Source of the DNA: a candidate division FCPU426 bacterium | GTDB lineage: Bacteria; Oederibacteriota; Muellerivitia; Muellerivitales; Muellerivitaceae | DNA: 64,000 bases | NCBI GenBank assembly: GCA_963796105.1 | Contig: CAWCKJ010000012.1 | Coordinates: 128,001-192,000 of the forward strand | Direction: 5' to 3' | Shown: in pieces, positions 30,300-40,936 of the stretch | Numbering within the stretch: position 1 is the first letter of the stretch | How the letters are laid out: each line of letters begins with the position of its first letter | Made by a program: the position numbers and the translations under genes | Notes under the pieces: model-generated | Told to the model about the DNA's origin: nothing | Database searches by the model: none | What the model saw: the letters and a program-made list of their open reading frames with translations, nothing else

Positions 30300-31604
30300 T
30301 TAAAAATTCAAAACCTCACCGCGTCCCATTCCAGTATAAGTAAACCCCATTTCCGTCAATTCCTGCGAATCATACATATTACGTCCATCGAGAAGGAAGG
30401 GCTGTTTGACTAGGTTTTTTAATTTATTGAAATCAATCTGTTTAAACTCGTTCCAATCGGTTAAAACCAAGACCGCGTCCGAGCCCTGGGCCGCCTCGTA
30501 TGGCGATTTGCAGTACTTAATGTCCGGGAAATAATCTTTCGCTTTATCCATGGATACGGGATCGTAAGCCCTTATTTTCGCCCCCGCGCCCTGCAGAACC
30601 GGCAGAATGGTCAAGGATGGCGCTTCGCGAAGATCATCCGTGTTCGGTTTGAATGATAAACCCCAAACCGCCAATATTTTGCCCTTCAATGGGCCGATTG
30701 TTTTTCTCACTTTTTCAGCAAATGATAGTCTTTGAAGTTGGTTCACCTTCAATACTTCCGGCAGTATTCGAAATGGATAACCGCTTTTTTTCCCGATTTC
30801 GACCAAAGCCGCCACATCTTTCGGGAAACAGCTTCCTCCGAATCCCAGCCCGGCGTTTAAAAACTGTCCCCCAATCCGGGAGTCATAACTCATACCCTTG
30901 GTGACCTGCAAAACATCCGCTCCCACCTTATCGCAAAGGTTTGAGATCTCGTTGATAAAGGAAATTTTTGTGGCTAAAAACGCGTTAGAGGCGTATTTGA
31001 TCATTTCAGCGCTCTTCAAATCGGTGATCAATACCGGGCAATGAAGGGGTTTATAAATTTCCGCCACTTTTTGGGCGGCCGACCGGCGCGTGGCGCCTAT
31101 GACAACCCTTTCCGGCCTTAAAAGGTCAGTGACTGCCGATCCTTCCCTCAAGAACTCGGGATTCGAAACGACATCAAAGAGAACTTCCTTTGCGCTGTTT
31201 TTAATGATGATTTGCGTCACCACATCCCCCATGCCGATAGGCACGGTACTTTTGTTTACGATGATTTTATATCGGTTAATGGATTTGGCGATTCCCTTTG
31301 CCACCGCTTTGACATTGCTGATGTCCGCTTCCCCGCCTTTTCCGGGAGGAGTGCTCACCGCGATAAAAATAAAGTCGGTAGTTTGAACCGCTTTGGTCAA
31401 ATCAGTAGTGAAAAAAAGCCTGTGGCCCTTGTTCCTTTGGATGATTTCCTTCAGCCCCGGCTCAAAGATGGGGACGTTTCCCTTCTGTAGTTCTTGGATT
31501 TTTCTTTTATCGACATCAACACAAATCACCGAATTTCCCAAGTCCGCGAAACAAGATCCAGTCACCAATCCTACATAACCAGTACCGACAACGGAAATTC
31601 TCAT
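30300..31604 (-). CDS. ugd: UDP-glucose/GDP-mannose dehydrogenase
   Basis: GTGYVG, KSTVP, SNPEFLREG, KYASNAFLA, GFGGSCFPKD and FKPNTDDLRE. Confidence 0.95.
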   Translation of the reverse strand: MRISVVGTGYVGLVTGSCFADLGNSVICVDVDKRKIQELQKGNVPIFEPGLKEIIQRNKGHRLFFTTDLTKAVQTTDFIFIAVSTPPGKGGEADISNVKAVAKGIAKSINRYKIIVNKSTVPIGMGDVVTQIIIKNSAKEVLFDVVSNPEFLREGSAVTDLLRPERVVIGATRRSAAQKVAEIYKPLHCPVLITDLKSAEMIKYASNAFLATKISFINEISNLCDKVGADVLQVTKGMSYDSRIGGQFLNAGLGFGGSCFPKDVAALVEIGKKSGYPFRILPEVLKVNQLQRLSFAEKVRKTIGPLKGKILAVWGLSFKPNTDDLREAPSLTILPVLQGAGAKIRAYDPVSMDKAKDYFPDIKYCKSPYEAAQGSDAVLVLTDWNEFKQIDFNKLKNLVKQPFLLDGRNMYDSQELTEMGFTYTGMGRGEVLNF

Positions 31605-31689
31605 CTTGAAATCCTTTTTAACGAAAAGTCCATTTTATTATTCTATGCCTATGTACAAAGCACCTACGGTCTATTGATTCTTTTAATCT

Positions 31690-31786
31690 TCCCCCTCTGA
31701 AAGAGGGGGATTGAGGGGAAGTTAGCCTCTGAGTGTTATACAACAAAAGCTAATACCCCCCTCCCCCCCCTTTTTCAAAGGGGGGA
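31690..31786. repeat. REP doublet (REPIN-like), copy 1
   Basis: Two inverted CCCCCT..AAGGGGG palindromes; homologous inverted copy at 61266-61365. Confidence 0.75.
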
Positions 31787-31861
31787 TTCTGCAATCGTCC
31801 GCTCAGTAGGTATTTAGGGATAAGTTCCAGACTTTTTCCCAGTTTATGATTCATCTTACCC

Positions 31862-31903
31862 AGAAACTCAAAAACCGGGACTAATCCCGGTTTTTGAGTT
31901 TCT
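31862..31903 (-). terminator. terminator hairpin after the ABC ATPase gene
   Basis: Perfect 19-bp stem AGAAACTCAAAAACCGGGA-CTAA-TCCCGGTTTTTGAGTTTCT, 19 bp after the stop codon. Confidence 0.8.
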
Positions 31904-31921
31904 TCTAATTATGGTCCGGCT

Positions 31922-33028
31922 TTAATTCGTCAAGCACTTCTCTGTTTCTTTGTCGAAAATATGGACCTTCCTCATGTTGAAAACCAATTCGATATCCTGG
32001 TTGATTTCGATTTGATCATGGCTGCTGACACGGGCGATAAACGGGCTTTTTCCCGTGGTCAAATATAAGTAAGCCTCAGCGCCCAAGGGTTCAATAATCT
32101 CAACGGTCGCGCTGATGGTGGAATCAGGGGAAGCGCTCGAAGCGTCCATTTTGTCGTGAATATCCTCCGGCCTGATTCCCAGGACGACCTCACGCCCAAC
32201 GTGCCCTTCCAGGAGGCTGGCGAAATTATCCGGGAGCTTAATCTCGAAATTTTCCTCGTTGAAATAGGTTCCCGTGCGTTTTTTGTTGAGCGAGCCTTCC
32301 ATGAAATTCATGGCTGGCGTGCCGATGAACCCCGCGACGAACTTGTTGACGGGTTTCTCATAAAGGGTGATGGGATCGGCGATTTGCTGGACATAGCCGT
32401 CCTTCATGACCGCGATACGGTCTCCCATGGTCATGGCTTCCAATTGGTCGTGGGTAACGTAAATCATCGTTGCCTGCAGGCGGGTGTGAAGTTTTGAAAT
32501 CTCGGCGCGCATTTGAACCCTGAGTTTGGCGTCCAAGTTGGAAAGCGGTTCGTCGAAAAGGAATATCTTGGGCTTGCGGACGATGGCCCTGCCTACCGCC
32601 ACCCTTTGGCGTTGTCCGCCGGAAAGCTCTTTTGGAATCCGGACCAGAAGCTCCTGGATTCCAAGGATGTTCGCGGCCTCATAAACTCTTTGTTTGATTT
32701 CTTCTTTTGGGTATTTGCGGAGTTTCAAGCCAAAGGCCATATTCTCAAAAACGGTCATATGGGGATACAAAGCATAGTTTTGGAAAACCATGGCGATGTC
32801 CCTGTCCTTGGGGGGAACGTCATTGACGAGGACATCGTCAATCCGGATATCACCGCTCGAGAGTTCTTCCAGACCCGCCACCATGCGCAGCGTCGTGGAT
32901 TTACCGCAGCCGGAGGGACCGACCAAAACTAAAAATTCTTTATCCTGGACTTCTATATTGACATTATTTACCGCGACAATATTATTCCCATAAACTTTAG
33001 TCACATTTTTCATGACCATATTTGACAT
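31922..33028 (-). CDS. sugar ABC transporter ATP-binding protein (MalK/UgpC/MsmX family)
   Basis: GPSGCGKST, VFQNYALYPH, LSGGQRQR, FDEPLSNLDA and a TOBE domain; start at MSNMVMK with GGAGGA RBS. Confidence 0.95.
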   Translation of the reverse strand: MSNMVMKNVTKVYGNNIVAVNNVNIEVQDKEFLVLVGPSGCGKSTTLRMVAGLEELSSGDIRIDDVLVNDVPPKDRDIAMVFQNYALYPHMTVFENMAFGLKLRKYPKEEIKQRVYEAANILGIQELLVRIPKELSGGQRQRVAVGRAIVRKPKIFLFDEPLSNLDAKLRVQMRAEISKLHTRLQATMIYVTHDQLEAMTMGDRIAVMKDGYVQQIADPITLYEKPVNKFVAGFIGTPAMNFMEGSLNKKRTGTYFNEENFEIKLPDNFASLLEGHVGREVVLGIRPEDIHDKMDASSASPDSTISATVEIIEPLGAEAYLYLTTGKSPFIARVSSHDQIEINQDIELVFNMRKVHIFDKETEKCLTN

Positions 33029-33348
33029 GAATATCCTCCGCCAAAGGAACCGAAACGCCCTAATTTCAAATCGTTCTTTTAGGAACGCCCCAGAGCCAGA
33101 ATGGCTTTCCGACACTTCTTTCCACCGGAAAACCCATAAAACTAGGGGTTATTTAAACATTCAAGCTTCTCCCTGTCAACGAAACAAGGGAGTATCTGAA
33201 ATTGAGTCCTGCCTTTTACCGAAATAAAAAATAATGCCGGAAACACCAGCGCTTCGGCTTGGCTTGAATAAAGGGTTTATCCTCATTAAGAGTGGTTTCG
33301 ATCCGGGGCGATTCACTCTATAATTTCGCCGTGGAAATCAAACCCCCA

Positions 33349-34512
33349 ATGAATCGATACCTTTACTGGACTTTATTAGTTTTCTCGGCTTCGGCGGTAG
33401 CATCCATTGCCATGCAGAATATTATCTGGGTTGGCGTTGGGATTTCTCTTTTTTATTTCTTTAAAAACAAACAATCCATCCATTGGCCCAGCGGAGCTTT
33501 CGCCATTGCCACCCTCCTGTTTCTATCCAGCTTTTTCCTGGGCGCCGTCCTCGGAATAAATCCCTTAAAGAGTTTTCATACTGTCCATAAATACCTCACT
33601 TTACTTCTTGTTTTTTTCATCGGCTCTATCAATTTATCCTTTAATCAAATCAGAAAATTGATTTTCGTTTTTATCGGGGGCTCAACCTTTTGCGCAATGT
33701 GGGGAATCGGGAAATATCTATTTTTAAATCAAGCCCGCATTGATTCATTCTCGGGGGACAAGATGGTTTTTGGGGGCCTTTTGATGGTCACGCTGATATT
33801 CCAAATACTACTGTTGAAAGAATTCCCGAGGAACAAATGGGTTTGGTTTTCCCTTCTCATGGTGGGAATCGCCCTAATCCTGACGCAAACCCGGGGCGCC
33901 TGGATTGGTTTTATCGTTGGATTCATGGTTTTAACTTGGAAGATAAACCGAAAATGGCTGTTTATCGGAATGGCAATCGTCATTGCGCTTTTTTTCATGC
34001 TTCCCCGCGACCTGAAAGAGCGGGTACAAAGCATTTGGAATTTCAAGGTGAGCATGAATTCCAGCCACCAAATTGATAAAACCAACAACCAAAGATTGTT
34101 TATTTGGAGCGCTGGTCTTCAAATCATCAAGGATTACCCATGGGGCATCGGCCAGGGGAACCTTGAGGATCTCTACCCCAAATACAAATCGCCCAACGCC
34201 CCGGAACCCACCCAGCCGCACCTGCATAATAATTTCCTCCAAATCCTCGCGCAAAATGGGTGGCTCGGTTTGGCCGCTTACCTGGTTTGGATTTTTGCGT
34301 ATTATTTTAAGGCGATGTCATTTAAGCCCTTGGATCTCGGACTCCAATCTTTAAATTGGGCGTTCTTATCCATTTTCACCGCAGTGCTTGTTTGGGGATT
34401 AACCGAATATACCTTCAGCCATCAATTCATGAACGTACAATTTTTTCTTTTAGGCCTTCAATGCCGCCTTTGGTCTATCGCTTCGAGCCCGGCAAACAAC
34501 CTTTCAACCTGA
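33349..34512 (+). CDS. O-antigen ligase family protein (WaaL/Wzy_C)
   Basis: Multiple TM segments; LTQTRGAWIG, R..IW, GIGQGN and HLHNNFLQILAQNG. Confidence 0.9.
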   Translation: MNRYLYWTLLVFSASAVASIAMQNIIWVGVGISLFYFFKNKQSIHWPSGAFAIATLLFLSSFFLGAVLGINPLKSFHTVHKYLTLLLVFFIGSINLSFNQIRKLIFVFIGGSTFCAMWGIGKYLFLNQARIDSFSGDKMVFGGLLMVTLIFQILLLKEFPRNKWVWFSLLMVGIALILTQTRGAWIGFIVGFMVLTWKINRKWLFIGMAIVIALFFMLPRDLKERVQSIWNFKVSMNSSHQIDKTNNQRLFIWSAGLQIIKDYPWGIGQGNLEDLYPKYKSPNAPEPTQPHLHNNFLQILAQNGWLGLAAYLVWIFAYYFKAMSFKPLDLGLQSLNWAFLSIFTAVLVWGLTEYTFSHQFMNVQFFLLGLQCRLWSIASSPANNLST

Positions 34513-34549
34513 TTGAAAAATAGATAATGCTGAGTTCGTCACATACTTT

Positions 34550-35845
34550 TCAAATAATTTCAAGGCCCCGCGATTTAACCAAACTTTGACGGCAGGCCCC
34601 CCCCAGATAGAATGATCCGGTGATTAAAAGTGGATTTCTTCCATGAGAGGAGTTCAATTTTTTCAAAGCAAACCAAAGCGCCTTCCACCAATCGGGAACA
34701 AGAAGCGGATGGATCTTTTCTTTTTCCCATGCCTTAAATACCAAGATCCCGCTTTCCCTTCGCTCGCTAGGCGGTTCAGTCACGATTGCCTGAAAGGTTA
34801 AGGGCGCCATAATTCTGGCAAATGAGCGGAAATCCTTGTCCCTCAAAAATCCATTTAAGACTAACCATCGTTTGCGGGGATATTTTTTCTTTAAATATCC
34901 CGCAAGCCCCAAGGCCCCATCAGGATTGTGGGCCCCATCCAGCAAAATCAACGGCTTTCTGGAGAGAACTTCAACCCTTCCCGGCCAACGAAAAGTTGAT
35001 ATTCCCTTTTGAAGCATTGGAGGCAGGGCTTTTAATCCATACCGCTTTAGGATTTGAATTCCGGCTATCGCCAGGGATGCGTTGATCATTTGGAATTCAG
35101 AGCCGCCCGGTAGTTTGAACTTTGAGGATAATCCAGGTCCTTGCCAGCGAAACCCATTTCCCTCGATCTTATAATTAAAATCTTTTCCTCCAACCCATAG
35201 AGGAACTCCTTTTAATCGGGCCGTTTCCCCGATCTTCTCCAAGGCCTTGGCGTTGTATTGAATAGTCGCGGCCGGGGTTCCTTTTTTCAAAATGCCTGCC
35301 TTCTCCCAGGCTATTTCAGGAATGTTTTTCCCGAGAATTTCCTGGTGTTCCAATCCTATGGGAGTGATAAGGCAGACCGCGGGAGAAGCGATAATATTGG
35401 TGGCGTCCAAACGCCCGCCTAAACCCACTTCAAGGACAACCCAATCAACCTTTTTCTCCTTAAACCAGAGAAAAGCCAGGGCCGTTAACGCCTCGAAGTG
35501 GGTGGGGGTATGCCCCGTCTTTCTTCGAACGCTGACGCAGGCTTGAAGTATTCTTTTGGAATAATTTTGAAATTCCTTGCCGGAGATCCACCGCCCGTTG
35601 ATACGGAATCTTTCCCGGATATCGGACAAGTGGGGTGATGTGTAGAGGCCAACCCGGTATCCCTCTTGACGCAGGAAGGAAGACATATAGGCGCAGGTCG
35701 AGCCTTTGCCGTTGGAACCAGCGACATGGACGCATTTAAGAGAGAGATGGGGATTGTCCAGTTCCGATAACAAGGCTCGTATGGTTTCCAAGCCGAATCG
35801 CCACCCAAAGCGCTCCAGGGAATCCAGGCTTGTGGTAAGTTTCAC
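34550..35845 (-). CDS. folC: folylpolyglutamate synthase/dihydrofolate synthase
   Basis: HVAGSNGKGST, YTSPHL, EVGLGGRLDATN, EKAGI, WPGR and LDGAHN. Confidence 0.96.
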   Translation of the reverse strand: MKLTTSLDSLERFGWRFGLETIRALLSELDNPHLSLKCVHVAGSNGKGSTCAYMSSFLRQEGYRVGLYTSPHLSDIRERFRINGRWISGKEFQNYSKRILQACVSVRRKTGHTPTHFEALTALAFLWFKEKKVDWVVLEVGLGGRLDATNIIASPAVCLITPIGLEHQEILGKNIPEIAWEKAGILKKGTPAATIQYNAKALEKIGETARLKGVPLWVGGKDFNYKIEGNGFRWQGPGLSSKFKLPGGSEFQMINASLAIAGIQILKRYGLKALPPMLQKGISTFRWPGRVEVLSRKPLILLDGAHNPDGALGLAGYLKKKYPRKRWLVLNGFLRDKDFRSFARIMAPLTFQAIVTEPPSERRESGILVFKAWEKEKIHPLLVPDWWKALWFALKKLNSSHGRNPLLITGSFYLGGACRQSLVKSRGLEII

Positions 35846-36687
35846 GGAAATAAAAACTTAAGGAACTTTCCGATGGTGGCTTTCAAATCATGCCTTTTGA
35901 CGATGATATCGACAAACCCATGTTCCAATAGGAATTCAGAGCGTTGAAATCCTTTGGGAAGTTTCTGGCGGATGGTTTGCTCGATGACCCTGGGACCCGC
36001 GAATCCAATCATGGCTCCCGGTTCGGCTATATTGATGTCCCCCAACATTCCGAAGGAAGCCGCCACTCCACCCGCGGTGGGATCGGTTAAAACCGATATA
36101 TAAGGAAGTCCCGCTTTACCTAAATGGGCCAATGCCGCGGATATTTTGGCCATTTGCATGAGTGACAAGATTCCCTCTTGCATACGGGCTCCCCCGCCGG
36201 AGGCCGACACAATGACCATCCCGCATTTTTTTGCGATCGCCCTTTCGATGGCCCTTGTGATTTTTTCCCCAACCACACTGCCCATGCTGCCGCCCATGAA
36301 TTGAAAATCAGTGATGGCTAGTGAGACTGGTTGTCCGGCGATTTTGGCCAAACCCGTCACTACCGCCTCGGGCATTTTGGTTTTTTCAATTCCCCTATTG
36401 ACCTTTTCCTCGTATTCCGGGAAATGTAGGGGGTTCACGGAGACTAGGTTTTCGTCATATTCCTTGAAAGTTCCCGAGTCAACTGTCAGGTAAAGCCTTT
36501 CAAGCGCCGAAATCTGGTAATGGTAACCGCATTGGGGGCATACCTTGAAATTCTTATCCAGGTCTTTGTTATATAAAAGAGTGGAACACTTCCTGCATTT
36601 TTCATAAAGGCCTTCCGGAACCTGGACGGCTTTTTTCACTTCCACTACCCTGGAAATGATTTTTTTTGCTTTCTTAAACCAAACCAA
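35842..36687 (-). CDS. accD: acetyl-CoA carboxylase carboxyltransferase beta subunit
   Basis: Zn-finger CRKC/CPQC, FMGGSMGSVVGEK, GGARMQEG and GFAGPRVIEQT. Confidence 0.97.
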   Translation of the reverse strand: MVWFKKAKKIISRVVEVKKAVQVPEGLYEKCRKCSTLLYNKDLDKNFKVCPQCGYHYQISALERLYLTVDSGTFKEYDENLVSVNPLHFPEYEEKVNRGIEKTKMPEAVVTGLAKIAGQPVSLAITDFQFMGGSMGSVVGEKITRAIERAIAKKCGMVIVSASGGGARMQEGILSLMQMAKISAALAHLGKAGLPYISVLTDPTAGGVAASFGMLGDINIAEPGAMIGFAGPRVIEQTIRQKLPKGFQRSEFLLEHGFVDIIVKRHDLKATIGKFLKFLFP

Positions 36688-36754
36688 ACTGGACCTCCAA
36701 AAATATATGAATTTTCAATTTACATCCCAAAATTCGATTAAAACAAATATCCTC

Positions 36755-37555
36755 TTAATGATTCATGCCTTTAACAATTTCCCTGCAATAATTCTCTACT
36801 TTTTCGCCTATCCTCGCCCTAGGAGTTTTTTCAATCAGCTGTATGAGGGCACTGGCGATAATGACCCCATCCGACGCTTTTCCTACTGCCGCCGCTTGCC
36901 TGGAATTTGATATCCCAAATCCAACAACAATAGGGGTATTAAGTCTTCTTCTGAGATTGATTAAACTCGAAATAAGGCCAGGAGCCAGTTCTTTTCTGGC
37001 ACCCGTCACACCGGTAACACTGACATAATACAAAAACGAGGCCCCTAGGGCATCGGCCATCTTGATCCTTTCCGGGCTTGAGGTAGGGGCGATAAAGGGA
37101 ATTAAACTTAAGCCTTTTGGCTTTAAATGAACTTCTTTTTCCGTGAATTTGAAAAGCGGCAAATCCGGAATAATGGCCCCATTTCCCCCCGCCATGTGAA
37201 GTTCATTCACGAATACAGGCCATTTCATCTGTTCGACAAGATTCAGATAAGTCATGACTAAAAGAGGCTGCTGATAACCCTTTTTCCGGAGGGACTTGAT
37301 CACGCGGAAAACATCTGACAATCGGGTTCCTTGGTCCAGTGAAATTTGATTTGCCTTTTGCAAAGTGGGGCCGTCCGCGATCGGGTCGGAGAATGGAACT
37401 CCCAATTCCAACGCGGAAGCCCCGCCTTCCAGCGCCCCTTCCGCCGCCTTGATGGAAGCTTGGTAGCCGGGATATCCCACGCAGACATAGGGAAGAAAAA
37501 GCGCTTTGCGTTTACGACGGGCTTCAAAAAATAAACGATGAAGGATCGTGCTCAA
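36755..37555 (-). CDS. trpA: tryptophan synthase alpha chain
   Basis: [27 protein letters not shown] and VGFGIS. Confidence 0.96.
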   Translation of the reverse strand: MSTILHRLFFEARRKRKALFLPYVCVGYPGYQASIKAAEGALEGGASALELGVPFSDPIADGPTLQKANQISLDQGTRLSDVFRVIKSLRKKGYQQPLLVMTYLNLVEQMKWPVFVNELHMAGGNGAIIPDLPLFKFTEKEVHLKPKGLSLIPFIAPTSSPERIKMADALGASFLYYVSVTGVTGARKELAPGLISSLINLRRRLNTPIVVGFGISNSRQAAAVGKASDGVIIASALIQLIEKTPRARIGEKVENYCREIVKGMNH

Positions 37556-38760
37556 CGGGAATCACCTTTTAAGTTGTTTCCCAAACGGTCCAAGACGGTG
37601 TTGACATCCTTATCGCCGCGGCCTGAGAGATTCACGATCAGGGAGGCTGTCCGGGGCATCTTGGGGGCCATTTTCATGGCTTGATAAAGGGCATGGGCGC
37701 TTTCCAAGGCGGGAAGGATTCCCTCCTGTAAAGCGAGTATTTGAAAGGCTTCCAGTGCCTGTTGGTCGGTCGCCGACACGTAAGTTGCCCTCCCAGTATC
37801 CTTAAGCCACGCATGTTCCGGGCCTACCCCCGGATAATCCAGACCCGCTGAGATGGAATGGGTCTCATTGATTTGGCCGTCTGGGCTTTGTAGTACGTAG
37901 CTGTAACTCCCGTGAAGAATCCCGGGTTTTCCTTTGGCCATGGTAGCGGCGTGGCGTTTTGTGCGGATTCCATCCCCCGCCGCTTCCACGCCTACCATTT
38001 GGACTTTTCGATCCCGAAGGAATGGGTAAAACAAGCCGATGGCATTGGATCCCCCGTTCACGCAAGCGACCAAGGCCCCTGGCAGGCGCCCTTCGGCCTT
38101 AAGAATTTGTTTACGGGCCTCCACGCCAATGACTTTTTGGAAATCGCGAACCATCATGGGGTAGGGATGGGGGCCGGCGGTCGAGCCAATGAGGTAATAA
38201 GTGGTATTGACATTGGTCACCCAATCCCGGATAGCCTCGCTCATGGCGTCTTTTAAAGTCTTGGTTCCCGCTGTCACAGGGTGAACTTCAGCTCCCAGCA
38301 ATTTCATCCTGAAAACATTCAGGGCTTGCCTCCTGGTATCCTCCAAGCCCATGTAAATCTCGCATTTGAGCCCGAAAAGGGCGCATACGGTAGCGGTCGC
38401 TACCCCATGCTGGCCTGCCCCGGTTTCCGCGATAATTCGTTTTTTACCCATTTTTTTGGCCAAAAGAATTTGGCCCAGGCAATTGTTGATCTTATGGGCG
38501 CCGGTATGATTCAAATCCTCCCGTTTCAAGTAAATCCTGGCGCCCTTGAGATTTTGAGTCAACCTGGCCGCCAGGGTTAACGGAGTGGGCCTGCCGCTGT
38601 ATTCAGCCAATTGTTTTTGATATTCGGATTGAAACCCAGCGTCTTTCCTGGCTTTCATATAGGCTTTGGTTAAATCCTGAAGAGCCACCATGAGGGTTTC
38701 AGGGACATATTGACCCCCATAGGGGCCAAAATATCCGTTCTGATCGGGATATTGGCGCAT
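37552..38760 (-). CDS. trpB: tryptophan synthase beta chain
   Basis: [38 protein letters not shown] and NLSGRGDKD; start at MRQYPD. Confidence 0.97.
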   Translation of the reverse strand: MRQYPDQNGYFGPYGGQYVPETLMVALQDLTKAYMKARKDAGFQSEYQKQLAEYSGRPTPLTLAARLTQNLKGARIYLKREDLNHTGAHKINNCLGQILLAKKMGKKRIIAETGAGQHGVATATVCALFGLKCEIYMGLEDTRRQALNVFRMKLLGAEVHPVTAGTKTLKDAMSEAIRDWVTNVNTTYYLIGSTAGPHPYPMMVRDFQKVIGVEARKQILKAEGRLPGALVACVNGGSNAIGLFYPFLRDRKVQMVGVEAAGDGIRTKRHAATMAKGKPGILHGSYSYVLQSPDGQINETHSISAGLDYPGVGPEHAWLKDTGRATYVSATDQQALEAFQILALQEGILPALESAHALYQAMKMAPKMPRTASLIVNLSGRGDKDVNTVLDRLGNNLKGDSR

Positions 38761-38761
38761 T

Positions 38762-39355
38762 TTAATTTGCTCCTCCGGAGGAAGGCGCTGTTCCGAAATG
38801 ACTCTTTTCATTTTGTAATTGTTCCAGCTTTGACTGGGCTAACTCATTTTGAGGGTCCAACGAACAAGCGCGCATATATTCACTTTCGGCTTTATCTATG
38901 TAATCCAACCGGTTAAAAAGATCTCCCAGTTGTATTGTGCAATTAAAGGCTTCTTCCATTAAATTATGCCTTGAATAAAGGTCTCTCAAGTTCATTAACG
39001 CTTCCGCAGCTTCGGGAAGTTTAGTTAGAATATCTTTATAGATGTTAATAGCTTTTTCCATATCCTGAGGCTCGACCATTTTCTGGACCAAACTCGCGAC
39101 TTCCTTAAAAGCGCCCGCGGCCTTTTTGACGTTTTTCTCTTTTAAATAAGCGTTCCCAGCGAGTTCAAACTCTTTAAAAGCTCTCTCAACATCCCCTTTT
39201 TTTACATATAGTTCTCCAAGCGTCAAACGCACATTGTGATCATTCGGATCAAGAGCGATGATCTTTTCATATTCAAGAATAGCCTTGTCCCAGCTCCCGG
39301 TATTGTAATAAATATGGGCCAATTTAATAATTAATGATTTTTGGTCGGCCATCAC
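38762..39355 (-). CDS. tetratricopeptide repeat protein inside the trp operon
   Basis: TPR-like units ([36 protein letters not shown]); stop codon abuts the trpB start. Confidence 0.8.
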   Translation of the reverse strand: MMADQKSLIIKLAHIYYNTGSWDKAILEYEKIIALDPNDHNVRLTLGELYVKKGDVERAFKEFELAGNAYLKEKNVKKAAGAFKEVASLVQKMVEPQDMEKAINIYKDILTKLPEAAEALMNLRDLYSRHNLMEEAFNCTIQLGDLFNRLDYIDKAESEYMRACSLDPQNELAQSKLEQLQNEKSHFGTAPSSGGAN

Positions 39356-39394
39356 AGCTTTAATTCTCCAGTCATTTTCTATTTAAATAAATTT

Positions 39395-39460
39395 GTAACC
39401 TCTGAAAAAGTCGGCTATCGCCTCCTTTTTCAGAAAACCTTTTATGGAAACCCCTCGATT
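39395..39460. repeat. partial copy of the MITE end (internal hairpin TCTGAAAAAG..CTTTTTCAGA)
   Basis: Near-identical to the reverse complement of 24460-24525. Confidence 0.7.
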
Positions 39461-39485
39461 TCAGGTTATTCGCGTGTCATAAATC

Positions 39486-40109
39486 TCAACCGGCAAAAAC
39501 ACTTTTGGCCCTGCGGATAAAAGCGGAGACTTTGCGGGGATCCTTGCGGCCTGGATAAATTTCCACGCCGCTGGAAACATCAACTCCGAACGCGTGCGAA
39601 TCCCTGATGGCCTGTTGAACGTTATCTGGGGTCAAACCTCCAGCCAGAATCACCGGTTTCGGAAGACACTTGATGGCTTCAGCCGACCAACGGGCTTGAA
39701 AGGATTGGCCAGTCCCCCCGGGCGTTTTTTCATTATAGGAATCCAATAAAAACGCCGATACCCGGTAGCCTCGAAATGGGATATAAGATTTTTTGGTTTT
39801 CATGCGGATGGCCTTTATGACAGGAAAATCCAGCTTGTCGCAGTAGTCGGCCCTCTCGCTTCCATGAAGCTGCGCGGCATGGAAACCGCAATATTTGACC
39901 AATCGAACGACTTTGTTGATCGGCTCATCCACAAAAACACCTATCGGGGTTACAAGGGGAGGAACATTTTTAACCAATCTTCTCGCGTATTCCGGGCTTA
40001 ATTTCCTGGGTCCCAAGGACATTTGAAAGCCAATCGCGTCCGCCCCGGCTTTCGCGATAAACCTGACGTCCTCCATTCGGGTGACGCCGCAAATTTTAAC
40101 TCGAAACAT
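39486..40109 (-). CDS. trpF: phosphoribosylanthranilate isomerase
   Basis: VKICG, QLHGSE, GGTG, ILAGGL and GVDVSSGVE. Confidence 0.96.
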   Translation of the reverse strand: MFRVKICGVTRMEDVRFIAKAGADAIGFQMSLGPRKLSPEYARRLVKNVPPLVTPIGVFVDEPINKVVRLVKYCGFHAAQLHGSERADYCDKLDFPVIKAIRMKTKKSYIPFRGYRVSAFLLDSYNEKTPGGTGQSFQARWSAEAIKCLPKPVILAGGLTPDNVQQAIRDSHAFGVDVSSGVEIYPGRKDPRKVSAFIRRAKSVFAG

Positions 40110-40892
40110 TTAAATCTCCGGCATGAGGGTTCTGACTGCCGCTTCCAGGTCCTTCGCGGTCATGAAAGCCTCTCCCACAAGGATGGCCGAAGCCCCGGCC
40201 TTATGCAAGCGAATCGCGTCTTCCCGCTGGTAAATACCGCTTTCACTGACAATCGGAATGCCCTTGGGGCACTTTTCAATTAAGGCCAAGGTGGTTTGCA
40301 GGCTTACCGAGAAATCGTTCAAGTTCCTGTTATTGATGCCGATGATTTTCGCGCCGGATCTTATGGCAAAATCCAATTCCCTCTCGTCATGAACCTCCAC
40401 GAGGCTGGCCATTTTTAAGGCCGTTGAAACATTTAAGAGTTCTTTCAATTTGGCGGGCGGCATCATGGCCATGATCAACAAAATGGCGTCAGCCCCCGCC
40501 GAGCGCGACTGATAAATTTGGATTTCATCCAGGATGAAATCTTTCCGAAGAACGGGTAGATCACAAGAGGCCTTGGCAATTTTCAAATTCTCCATGGAAC
40601 CCTGGAAATACTGGACATCCGTGAGTACGGATAGGGCCTGAGCGCCGGCCTTCGCGTATGTTTTGGCGATTGTATCCACCTGGAAATCCTGCCGCAGAAG
40701 GCCCTTGGAAGGGCTGGCCTTTTTAAGTTCCGCGATCAGGGACAATTTACCCGGACAGTGGATGGCTTTTAAGAAATCCCTGGGCGGTGGTTGCGCCTGG
40801 GCCGCTTCCCTCAAGGCCTCCAACCCCGTTTCCTTTTTAAGGCCGGCGATTTCAACAAGCTTAGTCTGGGCAATTTGCTGAAGTATGCTCAA
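40110..40892 (-). CDS. trpC: indole-3-glycerol phosphate synthase
   Basis: IAELKKASPSKG, SVLTD, LRKDF, GINNRNL and VSESGI. Confidence 0.97.
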   Translation of the reverse strand: MSILQQIAQTKLVEIAGLKKETGLEALREAAQAQPPPRDFLKAIHCPGKLSLIAELKKASPSKGLLRQDFQVDTIAKTYAKAGAQALSVLTDVQYFQGSMENLKIAKASCDLPVLRKDFILDEIQIYQSRSAGADAILLIMAMMPPAKLKELLNVSTALKMASLVEVHDERELDFAIRSGAKIIGINNRNLNDFSVSLQTTLALIEKCPKGIPIVSESGIYQREDAIRLHKAGASAILVGEAFMTAKDLEAAVRTLMPEI

Positions 40893-40936
40893 TTTTTAAA
40901 ACCTTTCCTTCATGGGCTGTTCGGAATTATGGGATT

